DNA of 60,518 nt from positions 128,001 to 188,518 of IMG/VR virus record IMGVR_UViG_3300027509_000001; one strand, written 5' to 3'. The notes beneath the pieces were generated by a model. It saw nothing but the letters and a program-made list of their open reading frames with translations. It ran no database searches and was not told the origin of the DNA. This DNA comes from a virus. Lineage: Duplodnaviria > Heunggongvirae > Uroviricota > Caudoviricetes. Positions 38,948 through 48,131 of the stretch are shown here, one piece after another (within the stretch, counting starts at the first letter, position 1; every line of letters starts with the position of its first letter). The translations under genes were made by a program, and so were the position numbers.

Positions 38948-39690
38948 TTCTTTTTATCTGTTAACGTAATCCACAATCCAGTTTCATCAAAAATATAAGA
39001 CATTAATGAAAATCCAAAATCATTTTCCATCATAAACAACCATTTCATCGTTAATTTTGAATCAAATGCAAAACATTTATTAATTTCATCTCGAATTCGA
39101 TCTTTTGAAACAACTTCAATTCCAGTCAATCCAATCATTCGAATTGCATCTATCATTTCGCTGTCCATTGTAAATCCCTTTGTAATACAAAATCGAATAG
39201 CGCGAATAATACGCAATGGATCATCAGTAAAAGACTTTTTTGTTTCTCCCGGTGTTCGCAACAATTTTGAATTCAAATTATCCAATCCACCAAACATGTC
39301 AATTATTTTTCCATCTTCTCCTTTAGTCAAAGCATTAACAGTAAAATCTCGACGAAACAAATCGTCTTCCAAAGTTCCAATTTCTGTAATGGGAATTCGA
39401 GTTCCATCAATATATCCAATTTCTTTTCGAGCGATAACGAAATCTGCGTCTCCACTATATGCATGATCGTCTGGAAATTTAGCTTTAACAGTCAAGCGAT
39501 CTGGATATTTAATTCGTATTTTAAATCCATCTATTTCCAATGCTGATACAAATGCATCAAATGCTTCTTTTTCTGGCAAGTTATTTTCTGGCAAAGTAAC
39601 TGCATAATCTACGTCATTACTTTTCAATCCCAACAATTCATCTCGAATCTTGCCACCTACTTCATACAAATTATATTTAATCTTTTTCAT
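38944..39690 (-). CDS. cca: tRNA nucleotidyltransferase (CCA-adding, class II)
   Basis: VGGKIRD..DVDY; RRDFTVNA; DDPLRIIRA. Confidence 0.85.
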   Translation of the reverse strand: MKKIKYNLYEVGGKIRDELLGLKSNDVDYAVTLPENNLPEKEAFDAFVSALEIDGFKIRIKYPDRLTVKAKFPDDHAYSGDADFVIARKEIGYIDGTRIPITEIGTLEDDLFRRDFTVNALTKGEDGKIIDMFGGLDNLNSKLLRTPGETKKSFTDDPLRIIRAIRFCITKGFTMDSEMIDAIRMIGLTGIEVVSKDRIRDEINKCFAFDSKLTMKWLFMMENDFGFSLMSYIFDETGLWITLTDKKK

Positions 39691-39713
39691 ATCTAACTTT
39701 TTAATTACAATGT

Positions 39714-39975
39714 AAATATAATGGAAATTAATGAAAGTATCAAGTTTTAGCTATGCTAATTTAAAATTCGAAAGCCATTTTCTTAGTTTGGCATTGTTCA
39801 TTCCACCTAAAGATTCAATCCATTTAGGAGTAACTTCTTGAACAAATATATGATCATCCTCAGAATTTTTAAACCAGTCATTAAAATCATAATTTTGTCT
39901 CTTCTGCAATCCTTTGTCTATATTCCATATGTTAACCTTTACCCATACTACAAATATAATGGAAATTAATGAAAG
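39714..39975. repeat. duplicated 24-bp promoter segment (39714-39737, 39952-39975) flanking a start-less ORF remnant
   Basis: aaatataatggaaattaatgaaag occurs twice. Confidence 0.8.
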
Positions 39976-39978
39976 ATC

Positions 39979-40010
39979 AAAAAAAAACTCACGTATTTCT
40001 ACATGAGTTT
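39979..40010 (-). terminator. intrinsic terminator after the tmRNA coding piece
   Basis: AAACTCATGTA-GAAA-TACGTGAGTTT followed by a U-run. Confidence 0.85.
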
Positions 40011-40014
40011 AAAA

Positions 40015-40163
40015 ATGGTAAGTGTGTCGTTACTTACCCAAACGTGCTATGCCGCCAGTCTAACTGATTGGTTAGCAAAAATTGAAAAGTTGTCAGTTAT
40101 TTTAGACATTAACAATTCCTCTACATAAGTTACATCATCACCTGTCGATTCTAGTTTACCCCC
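40015..40163 (-). ncRNA. ssrA: two-piece tmRNA, coding piece; tag (A)DNFSIFANQSVRLAA* at 40047-40094
   Basis: GGGGGTA-AACTAGAATCGAC 5' end; ATAACT-GAC resume context; tag ends LAA. Confidence 0.85.
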
Positions 40164-40890
40164 AGTATCGATTGCCAATTTTAATAATCTGATCAGTATT
40201 ATTATATACTAGATCAACAATTTGTTGGCAATTTATAAATTTGTCTTCATCAATCCTTATTAAACGATAATTATTTTCTATGCACCATTCTTCCAGGCAA
40301 CGATCTTTAAATTGCTTAGATTTTAATTGCATGTGAATATCTTTGAAATGCCATATACCATCGTATTCAAAACAAATTTTTAATTTATTAGAATACATAT
40401 CTCTGGATAACCTCGTACCTTTATAATTTAAAAGTCCTCCTGATGTCCAATTGTCGTTTGGAAAATTGTCCTTGAAATAACGAATGATTTTTCTTTCATT
40501 TTTACTAGTAAAATATTTCTTTGGAAAAATTCCGTGCTGCTTTTTCAATTGATCTCCAAACGAATTCTGTGGGTCTGCATAATATTTCTTTAAAATATTT
40601 TTATGCTTATCCGTTGGAATTCTTGTATTTGCGCATGATCTAGAACAAAAATATTTCTTTTTCTTTTTGTTTGGTCTGTAAGATATTGAAACTATACTTG
40701 AACAACCTTTTGGGTTATTGCAATGTACTTCTTCATGAAGATGCTTTCCCAATTCTCTATCATATCTTTCATATGCTCTTTTACTAATTAGTTGATTAGA
40801 ATTCGAATTGTCTTTGTGCCGCCACCTTACATGATTTGCTTTTAATTGAAAAGTTTCAAAGGTACTTTCACACCTATCACATTTATACAT
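40156..40890 (-). CDS. Zn-finger plus Vsr/DUF559-like (EYDGxxH) endonuclease, putative homing endonuclease
   Basis: CDRC..H..H; FCSRSCAN; SKNE..DMY..FEYDGIWH..KD..LIRI. Confidence 0.75.
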   Translation of the reverse strand: MYKCDRCESTFETFQLKANHVRWRHKDNSNSNQLISKRAYERYDRELGKHLHEEVHCNNPKGCSSIVSISYRPNKKKKKYFCSRSCANTRIPTDKHKNILKKYYADPQNSFGDQLKKQHGIFPKKYFTSKNERKIIRYFKDNFPNDNWTSGGLLNYKGTRLSRDMYSNKLKICFEYDGIWHFKDIHMQLKSKQFKDRCLEEWCIENNYRLIRIDEDKFINCQQIVDLVYNNTDQIIKIGNRYWG

Positions 40891-40955
40891 ACTTATAAAT
40901 AGTATGGAGTTACCAATAATCGCAGTTAATAAACATTAATGTCAAACAACTTTTG

Positions 40956-41060
40956 TGGAGGTAGGCGGCTCTGCCCCGCCGTCCAGCGTAATTTCAATCG
41001 TATGTGTCAACGAAATTATATTTCTTTAAAAGGCTTCTTTTTAAGCCTAAGTTTCTTTTA
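40956..41060 (-). ncRNA. ssrA: two-piece tmRNA, acceptor piece (5' boundary approximate)
   Basis: GGAC-GGCGG-GGCAGAG-CCGCC-TACCTCC-A; pairs with GGGGGTA including G3:U70. Confidence 0.8.
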
Positions 41061-41108
41061 ACTAAGTATAAGTAGTCAATTATATCATTTAAGCGCATTA
41101 CAGTTGAT

Positions 41109-41345
41109 TTAAATGGACTCATTCCTTAATTTTTTTATAGCAATTTCAAGCTGGTTAATATTTCCTTTGACAAAGTCATTAGGTCTATTCCTATGAATCC
41201 ATTTCAGTTTTCGATTATGTTTCTCTAAATGCGATATTGCATAATCTAAAGATTCTTTTTTGGGCTTGCCGTAAAACAGAAGCATGAAAAGAATGAACAA
41301 GAAAAATAATAACAAACCGAATGCAAATATAAATTGAATAGTCAT
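41109..41345 (-). CDS. small membrane protein
   Basis: N-terminal TM helix. Confidence 0.5.
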   Translation of the reverse strand: MTIQFIFAFGLLLFFLFILFMLLFYGKPKKESLDYAISHLEKHNRKLKWIHRNRPNDFVKGNINQLEIAIKKLRNESI

Positions 41346-41361
41346 TTTAAAATTAATTTTG

Positions 41362-41395
41362 AAGGAATGGGAAATTTTCCAACTTCCCCATTCTT
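41362..41395 (-). terminator. putative terminator hairpin
   Basis: GAATGGG/CCCATTC inverted repeat. Confidence 0.5.
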
Positions 41396-41402
41396 TATTT
41401 TT

Positions 41403-42113
41403 TTAGAAGTTATAGCCAACTCCAACTCTAATATCGTTTTCAGTATCTACTCCAACTGATAAATGAACATCTCCTATTACTTTATATTGGACGTCAATAC
41501 CATATGATGGATCTTCAAATTCTCCATTATATTTAGTAAATGTACCAAGGGCAGTAATTATAAATCTACTCGATACTTGTTGGCCCAGACCTACCCTAAA
41601 TGCAATATCAGCATCGTCATTAAATATATATGATGCTGCTACTAAAGATCTGCCAATAAAAATTCTGGCAGTTACATCAATATATTCAGTTGTATAATAT
41701 CCAACTCCAATTCCTCCAGTATAATTTCTAGGAGATGTCTCTGATAATATTTCAGTGATTTCCTTCATTCCTTCTAGGACATTAGTATACTGATCTTGAA
41801 CTACGGACATTTCTTCATTACATGCAATGTTATTACTTTGTGATACTTCTAATAGATGTTGGGTTTCATTTAACTGATTCCGAACACCAAGAAGTTCACT
41901 TAATAATGCTTCCTCCTTAGGCCTTACAGTGGCAAACGAAGCACTTACTTCTACCAATGTATCTATATCTTGCGAAGTAGGTAATGTGTCTGTTTCAGAG
42001 TAGCCAATAGTTGATCCAGTAATTGGAGATTTAATTGGAACTCTTTGGGCTGATGAAGCAATTGTCATTAATAATAACATTGCTATCATTGAAAATTTAA
42101 AAATGTTTTTCAT
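41403..42113 (-). CDS. exported protein: signal peptide, coiled coil, outer-membrane beta-barrel
   Basis: Sec signal ending ASSA-Q; amphipathic strands; C-terminal VGVGYNF. Confidence 0.7.
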   Translation of the reverse strand: MKNIFKFSMIAMLLLMTIASSAQRVPIKSPITGSTIGYSETDTLPTSQDIDTLVEVSASFATVRPKEEALLSELLGVRNQLNETQHLLEVSQSNNIACNEEMSVVQDQYTNVLEGMKEITEILSETSPRNYTGGIGVGYYTTEYIDVTARIFIGRSLVAASYIFNDDADIAFRVGLGQQVSSRFIITALGTFTKYNGEFEDPSYGIDVQYKVIGDVHLSVGVDTENDIRVGVGYNF

Positions 42114-42142
42114 TTTAAAATGGTTTAGTTTATTTAATATTT

Positions 42143-42706
42143 TTAATCGAAATCTTCGAAATCTTCGTAGTAGTATTCTTCTTCAGAAACATCAATGTCT
42201 GCATCTTCATCCATCATGACTGCCTTGATTGGTATAGAGTTAGTCTCCATTAATTTCAAGTAAAATGAAACAAATACAGCTTTTTCATGCTCTTGTAATT
42301 CAGCGAAATTAACTTGTTCTCCATTTATTTTAACGTCAAATTCAACAGATATCTTGGGCGCTTTTTCATCCTCAACAAAATCCTCATTTTCATCTGGAAC
42401 TTCTTCTTGAATTTCATGTTCCCATAATACTGATTCGAACATTGCTTCTTTATCATACAATTCATCGCTCCACATATTAACATCATTGTTAGACATTGCA
42501 TCCGTTGGATCAATTAATAATACAATATCATTTCCTACAGAATCTTTGTGCTGTAATTCTGGATTCCAATTTGATGAATGTAAAAATTCTCCATTTTCAA
42601 ACATCAAATGGTATTTTTTAGAACCCTGATAAACCACAGTAAACTTTCGTCCTGATTCAGTTAATCCAATTAATCCAGATTTCAATAATGTTTTTAATTT
42701 TTTCAT
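42143..42706 (-). CDS. acidic hypothetical protein
   Basis: ORF track. Confidence 0.55.
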   Translation of the reverse strand: MKKLKTLLKSGLIGLTESGRKFTVVYQGSKKYHLMFENGEFLHSSNWNPELQHKDSVGNDIVLLIDPTDAMSNNDVNMWSDELYDKEAMFESVLWEHEIQEEVPDENEDFVEDEKAPKISVEFDVKINGEQVNFAELQEHEKAVFVSFYLKLMETNSIPIKAVMMDEDADIDVSEEEYYYEDFEDFD

Positions 42707-42746
42707 TTGCTTTATTTAAATAGTTATTAAAATGTTATTTTGTAAT

Positions 42747-42995
42747 TTATTTATTATTTATATCGCCTTGTAATTCATCTTTGGCATATAAGTTGCCAGC
42801 GGCATTTTCTAGGCTTATATCTAATTCTTTTTTATTCTTAGTTAAGACTTTCAACTCTTCCTTTATCATATCTGCGGCTTCGTAATCTTTTTGTTCCTTA
42901 TGCTCAGTATACAATTTTGCCATTCTTTTCATTTCCTTCTGCACTTTAACTATATCTCTTTGAATTTTATTGACTGTTCTTGCTGTAACTTTCAT
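42747..42995 (-). CDS. coiled-coil hypothetical protein
   Basis: ORF; likely start MKVTAR. Confidence 0.5.
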   Translation of the reverse strand: MKVTARTVNKIQRDIVKVQKEMKRMAKLYTEHKEQKDYEAADMIKEELKVLTKNKKELDISLENAAGNLYAKDELQGDINNK

Positions 42996-43009
42996 TAATT
43001 GTTTTTTAT

Positions 43010-43038
43010 AAAAGGTGGACAAAACCACTTGTCCACCT
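43010..43038 (-). terminator. intrinsic terminator
   Basis: AGGTGGACAA/TTGTCCACCT followed by U residues. Confidence 0.7.
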
Positions 43039-43056
43039 AAGTTGTAATTAAAAATG

Positions 43057-44226
43057 TTATTCTTTTATTTCATTAAATATGCTATCAAATCCGTCTGTTC
43101 CAATTTCTTCAATTAAATTTTCGCCGCTACCATTTTGAAGCGCCTCTAATATATCTAATTCAATTCGATGCCTGTCAGTGTCATATTTTATTCCGTCTCC
43201 ATCAGTAAATCCGTAGTATAATTTTACTTTTTCTTTTCCCTTTCTATTTTTTTCAAACACCATGTATCTTTTTCCTTTTTCTGCCCCGTCCCATAACAAC
43301 TGTAAGAACGCCGTAGTCATGTGTTCTAATCTTTTGGAACCTACATACTGTCCCGACTTGTTTTTCTGTTGTATGCTTAAGGTAGCCGTGTAAGAATTAG
43401 TTTGGTTATATCCTTTATTGTGTCCTCTCATAAACTTCAACATCCAAGCTTCTCCTTTTTTAGCTGACAATCCCAATTCTTCTTGTATTATTGTTTGCAC
43501 TTCAATTAAGCTATCAAACACAACAACATCATATCCTTTAGCTAAGAAACCCGATAAAACTTGCCAAACTGGAATCCCATCGTCCTCATACATGTAATCT
43601 GCTAAAAACAAAAATGGAACTTCATCTAAGCCAGGATAAAACTGTAAAAATTCTTGTAAATCTTCTGGCTCCATTTCCGCGGAAACATATGCAACTTTAA
43701 TTTCTGGATTTTCGTCCTTTAACTTAGTTAAGATTTCCATCATGTTACTAGACTTACCAATACCAGGATCTCCAGTTATCATTGTATTTGTCCCTGGTAA
43801 GATGCCACCTTTTCTAGACCAATATTTGTCCAAGTATGTTCCAGTTTCCCATGGTTTAAATAATTTTGGGTCCCATTTAATATCCTTTAAAAGAGTTGGA
43901 ACAATATCCACTTTATTTGGATCAAATGCTTCAACTAATTCAGAAGCAGAAACTGACTTTGTCAAATCTGCAATTTTGTCTGGGTAAATTTTTCTTACTC
44001 TAGTACTTTTGGATGGATCAATTTTTATATACTGTCCATTTTCGTTCGCTGCATCAATATGCCCTTTCCATATTTTAATGGTGGGTAAATTATCAATTGT
44101 TAAATTAATGTGACTGTCATCTAACTGCTCTATTTTTATTTCAGCATTTAGTTGATTCATATTAATGTCAAACAAATCGTTTGCACTAATTTCGAAATTT
44201 TGTTGTGGTTTTAAAATCGCTAACAT
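43057..44226 (-). CDS. RecA-superfamily ATPase (RadA/Sms-like)
   Basis: GDPGIGKS; YVSAE; VVFDS; GSKRLEHM; KNR. Confidence 0.8.
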   Translation of the reverse strand: MLAILKPQQNFEISANDLFDINMNQLNAEIKIEQLDDSHINLTIDNLPTIKIWKGHIDAANENGQYIKIDPSKSTRVRKIYPDKIADLTKSVSASELVEAFDPNKVDIVPTLLKDIKWDPKLFKPWETGTYLDKYWSRKGGILPGTNTMITGDPGIGKSSNMMEILTKLKDENPEIKVAYVSAEMEPEDLQEFLQFYPGLDEVPFLFLADYMYEDDGIPVWQVLSGFLAKGYDVVVFDSLIEVQTIIQEELGLSAKKGEAWMLKFMRGHNKGYNQTNSYTATLSIQQKNKSGQYVGSKRLEHMTTAFLQLLWDGAEKGKRYMVFEKNRKGKEKVKLYYGFTDGDGIKYDTDRHRIELDILEALQNGSGENLIEEIGTDGFDSIFNEIKE

Positions 44227-44327
44227 TTTTAAGTTTTAAAGTTTTTAAATTTGTTACTTATTAATTACATTGTAAATATACAACCATTTTATCAGTATTC
44301 CAATAGTCGAAATGTTAAAGAAATGTT

Positions 44328-44360
44328 AAAAATAGAGCGAGGAACAACCTCGCTCTATTT
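44328..44360 (-). terminator. intrinsic terminator
   Basis: AATAGAGCGAGG/CCTCGCTCTATT followed by a U-run. Confidence 0.8.
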
Positions 44361-44386
44361 GTGTAATTATAACAATTTAAAAGCAA

Positions 44387-45478
44387 TTAAAATTTTCCCG
44401 GTTTGCTTCTTCCGAATTTCGGTGTATTTTGTATCATTCTATCTTCGTCCGCTGTCTTTCTTAAGAACTGTCCAGCTAATTTTTGGGTGGCAACTTTTGT
44501 TCCCTTGCCCACTTTGGAATTGTAGTCATGTGACGCTAAATCCGTTAACAAGTTTATTCCATCCCATTTATTTACTGGAGTTGGACAATTTTTCAATTGT
44601 TCAACATTTAACTTTTCAAGTTCAATACCTTTTGCCTTGTAATCATCTTTCCATCTTTCGTCTCCCAAATATCTCATTACCTTTGGGGCATCATCTTTCC
44701 AAATCGCTGCATGAGCTTTCACCTTATTGTATTCTGCAACCGACATATTTGTCTGCATTGCATTAAACACATTTTTTTCGTACTCTTTCAATATTGTTAT
44801 ATCCGGATTACTTAATGATTTAATTAATGTGTTATACCAATCTCCTGGCGAACTGCCTGCTGTCAGTCTTTGTGTCCCCGTAGTTGTAAATCCAGTCATC
44901 CCATTAGTACAAACTAATCTTTCTACTAAATCTCGAACTACGACGTCTCCAAACATGTCCCATTCTATTTCCTTTCCATACGAAATATCTTCGCCTTTCA
45001 TTGCTAGTGGAATTGGTCTGTCCCATTTTAAGCTAGTAATCACCTTTGTTCCGCCTGCTTCTACTGATTGCGACAGCATTGATACATTCTTATTTGCCTG
45101 TAAGTATTCAAGCAAATTGGAAAACGTTTTGGCTGGAACTGCTTTACCAATTGAATCTCCGGCTAATGCAATACGTACGATTTTGTTTTCACTTATATCG
45201 ATTAAGACTTTAACTTTCATGCCTTGCTTTTCACCAAGGGCTTTTACTAAATGATTAACTAATCCAAGTCCAGCTTTTTCTCCAAGAGTTTCGTTCATGT
45301 GAACTAACATCTTTTTTGTAACCCCTGAGATTTTCAGGATGTCTTTAAATGCCTGCGAAGCAATTGGAATCCTATTTCCTTCTACTTTAAAGGATCTTTC
45401 CGATTCCGGTTTAATTTTAGAAACTGGCACGATGTATGCTTTTGTTGTTTCTAAATGCTTTTCAATATTCATTTCCAT
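44387..45478 (-). CDS. DUF932-like protein
   Basis: RLVCTNGM motif; NKWDGINLLT. Confidence 0.6.
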   Translation of the reverse strand: MEMNIEKHLETTKAYIVPVSKIKPESERSFKVEGNRIPIASQAFKDILKISGVTKKMLVHMNETLGEKAGLGLVNHLVKALGEKQGMKVKVLIDISENKIVRIALAGDSIGKAVPAKTFSNLLEYLQANKNVSMLSQSVEAGGTKVITSLKWDRPIPLAMKGEDISYGKEIEWDMFGDVVVRDLVERLVCTNGMTGFTTTGTQRLTAGSSPGDWYNTLIKSLSNPDITILKEYEKNVFNAMQTNMSVAEYNKVKAHAAIWKDDAPKVMRYLGDERWKDDYKAKGIELEKLNVEQLKNCPTPVNKWDGINLLTDLASHDYNSKVGKGTKVATQKLAGQFLRKTADEDRMIQNTPKFGRSKPGKF

Positions 45479-45542
45479 TCTTAATGCTTTAAAATGTTAA
45501 TAACTAATTACAATGTAAATATAAAACTTTTAAAATCATTAT

Positions 45543-46325
45543 TCAACTCTTTAACATTTCTTTAACATTTGACTCCCATTTAGGATTATACCAAAATGTT
45601 CGTTTTCCTTTATCCTCAATTGAATTTCCTTTCTTATAGAATTTTAGATATGGTTCTTTGTTATTATAATTAAGTCCCATTTGCTTTTTATAATTTAGGG
45701 TTTTTGCAATAAATGTAGAAGTAACTTTTATTAATTCTGGTTCATTTTTTGCTATATAATCTCTAGCACTAACGAACGGGTTCGAATCAATCCTTCCTAA
45801 AATTTCCGCTCTAAGGTAATTACCAATCCCATTAAAATAACGTTGGTCCATCATGACTTCATATATTGGCTTATTAAATAGTTTTTTGTTAATATTAGTT
45901 TTAATTTTGTTCCACCAATCAACACCTTCTCTTAGAATATCGGGACTTCTGTCTTCTTTCCAAGTTCCTAATTTCCAGAAAGCAAAGTTCCGCCTATCAA
46001 CAAGATATAAGTTGGTGTTATTTGCACCCGAACCATATATTGTTACTCTAGCGTTCTTTGGATGTGGGTCATCTGCGGGCCCATAAGCAAATCCACCTGA
46101 CATTCCCATTCCAAACATATAAGAAATGGTTTGGTTAGTATTCACGTCCTTAAATGTTATTTTCAGCTCCTTACCTCTAGATTCGGCTTCAAGTGTAAAC
46201 TCGTCTAATGGAACTTGTATGTCACCAGATCTATGACCGGGATGGTTCCTTACAAATTTGTATTTCTTACCTTTGGATTTATTAATCCTGTCGGCTTCCA
46301 TTCTTATTTCTACGTATTCAGGCAT
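45543..46325 (-). CDS. Fpg/Nei family DNA glycosylase
   Basis: N-terminal PE; RGK; GMSG; GIGNYLRAEIL H2TH. Confidence 0.9.
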   Translation of the reverse strand: MPEYVEIRMEADRINKSKGKKYKFVRNHPGHRSGDIQVPLDEFTLEAESRGKELKITFKDVNTNQTISYMFGMGMSGGFAYGPADDPHPKNARVTIYGSGANNTNLYLVDRRNFAFWKLGTWKEDRSPDILREGVDWWNKIKTNINKKLFNKPIYEVMMDQRYFNGIGNYLRAEILGRIDSNPFVSARDYIAKNEPELIKVTSTFIAKTLNYKKQMGLNYNNKEPYLKFYKKGNSIEDKGKRTFWYNPKWESNVKEMLKS

Positions 46326-46335
46326 TTTATTGTTT

Positions 46336-46692
46336 TTATAAATAAATTAATTCAACTTGGTATTTAGGTATATACTTTCCATCTTTAAAGAAAGTTACTT
46401 TGTTCCAGGCAGTGGTATGAACATATTGAAGTTCCAAATAAGTATAGGGTTCTCTTTCTTCGGGGCATCCTGGATTAAGTAATGTTAAATCAAAGTATAT
46501 GTGACGACATTGATCAATACCTCTAGCAGCATCTGGTAATCTTTTTGCCAATTGGCAAAATGGGTTTTTAATTGGCGTCTGATTATCTATCTTAGTACAA
46601 AATATCCCATAACTTAATATTATATTGCCTAGCGATTTCATTTTCAGAAAATATTCTGACCTAAATATGCCAAGTTGTATTGCAAAATTCAT
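46336..46692 (-). CDS. hypothetical protein
   Basis: ORF track. Confidence 0.5.
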   Translation of the reverse strand: MNFAIQLGIFRSEYFLKMKSLGNIILSYGIFCTKIDNQTPIKNPFCQLAKRLPDAARGIDQCRHIYFDLTLLNPGCPEEREPYTYLELQYVHTTAWNKVTFFKDGKYIPKYQVELIYL

Positions 46693-46736
46693 ATTTATTA
46701 ATTAATTATTCAACTTCTTTTAAATTTGTTTCCAAT

Positions 46737-46958
46737 TTAAAATTCATTATTTCTGCAACTAGTTTCATTGGTCAAGTTCTTAAATTGGTCATTTAATTGA
46801 TCTCTTAACGAAGTTGGGACTGTTCCATTCATAATAAAATGCATTCCATCATAATATATGTCAGAACCAACATGCTCTATTTCTATAGATGTAGTTGGAG
46901 AACTAAATAACAAGCTAATTCCTTGTTCATCAAAAACTACTAGTTTATATCCAATCAT
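46737..46958 (-). CDS. hypothetical protein
   Basis: ORF behind the promoter at 46981. Confidence 0.5.
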   Translation of the reverse strand: MIGYKLVVFDEQGISLLFSSPTTSIEIEHVGSDIYYDGMHFIMNGTVPTSLRDQLNDQFKNLTNETSCRNNEF

Positions 46959-46980
46959 AATTTTTAATTTTTAATTATGC

Positions 46981-47028
46981 TGTAAATATAAGAAATTATA
47001 TTGTAATATTATGTTAATGAAATGTTAA
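46981..47028 (-). promoter_or_regulatory. promoter with TTAACA-N5-TTAACA-N21-TATATTTACA architecture
   Basis: same spacing at 51866, 54041, 57191, 58074 and 59611(+). Confidence 0.75.
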
Positions 47029-47919
47029 TTATTGAGGTTCTTCGTATTTTTCAAATACTTCGTCAATTAAATCACTAATCATTTTAGAAGATATCGACGA
47101 AGAGTCTTCATTCCTTAGTACTGCAATCAATGTACTGAAGTAGGCAACGTCAACTCCAATAAGTTGTTCTTCTAGGACATTAATATCGGTTAGATCTAAC
47201 TCAGATACTTGAAACAATATTTTCAATATTTCACCAGCTGTAATTTTCCATTGACGTGAAATGAATTTCTTCATTCTAATTATAGATGTAAGTGGATACA
47301 AACTACCTTGGTATTTCAATTGTTTTGTAATCAATGATTCCATGGCTGTTAAGTTAGTAATCAGCCCATCTTTCATTGTGAAGTAATTCGTTGCATGAAT
47401 GTAATCGTAATTCAAGTGAATTTCTTCTGGGCTACCATTGAACCTCAATACAATTTGCACGTCATCAGATAACGATATTGCATTCTGCGATAAAAATATT
47501 GGAAGATACTCTCCTTCTTTTGGTGCATCGTCTCCAATGTATTCTATCAACGTACCTCGCGATGGTATATTAAGTTTAATTTGATCTGACTTTAAGTTAA
47601 ACACTCTAATATATCTTTCAGACATATAGTCACTGTCGTTCCAATTAATTATATTGAATTGCTTCAAATGAAATTTTCTTTTTCTTCCATCTAAAACTTT
47701 TCCTTTGCAATAATATTCGGCTAGATCTTTTAAGACGTCCATATCTTGCAAGTAGACATCGTAATCGTTAACATCTTCTTTTAGAAACATAGATGCAATA
47801 CATCCTCCAGATACTAATAGGTTTTCAGATACTCTTTTACGTAGAGCCTTGTCAGTTATTGTTTCTAACCACGCGGTCATCTTATTTTTGACAACCAATT
47901 GAATTGTTTTCTTTTGCAT
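47029..47919 (-). CDS. nucleotidyltransferase-fold protein
   Basis: VSGGCIAS..VNDYDVY (GG..DxD); YDYIHA. Confidence 0.65.
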   Translation of the reverse strand: MQKKTIQLVVKNKMTAWLETITDKALRKRVSENLLVSGGCIASMFLKEDVNDYDVYLQDMDVLKDLAEYYCKGKVLDGRKRKFHLKQFNIINWNDSDYMSERYIRVFNLKSDQIKLNIPSRGTLIEYIGDDAPKEGEYLPIFLSQNAISLSDDVQIVLRFNGSPEEIHLNYDYIHATNYFTMKDGLITNLTAMESLITKQLKYQGSLYPLTSIIRMKKFISRQWKITAGEILKILFQVSELDLTDINVLEEQLIGVDVAYFSTLIAVLRNEDSSSISSKMISDLIDEVFEKYEEPQ

Positions 47920-47939
47920 TTGTTTTTATTTGTTTTTAT

Positions 47940-48131
47940 TTATCCCATTCTAAATTTAGGTGGTTTATAACTGTCATATACTTTTGCCATTTTATTTTCT
48001 TCTAATTTTCGTTGGATGGCTGGATCGTTTGATAAGTGAAACATAATGTCAGTGTCATTAGAAGTCATTGCTTCGTGAGGTATTTTTAACAATCTTAAAT
48101 ATAATTCTATCTTTAGTTCTTCAATTGTCAT
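47940..48131 (-). CDS. hypothetical protein
   Basis: ORF track. Confidence 0.45.
   Translation of the reverse strand: MTIEELKIELYLRLLKIPHEAMTSNDTDIMFHLSNDPAIQRKLEENKMAKVYDSYKPPKFRMG

Noticed and set aside
40164-40955. Group I intron in tmRNA
   Set aside because: The ORF fills nearly the whole insert, no catalytic core is visible, and the flanks are in permuted (3' then 5') order rather than exon order.
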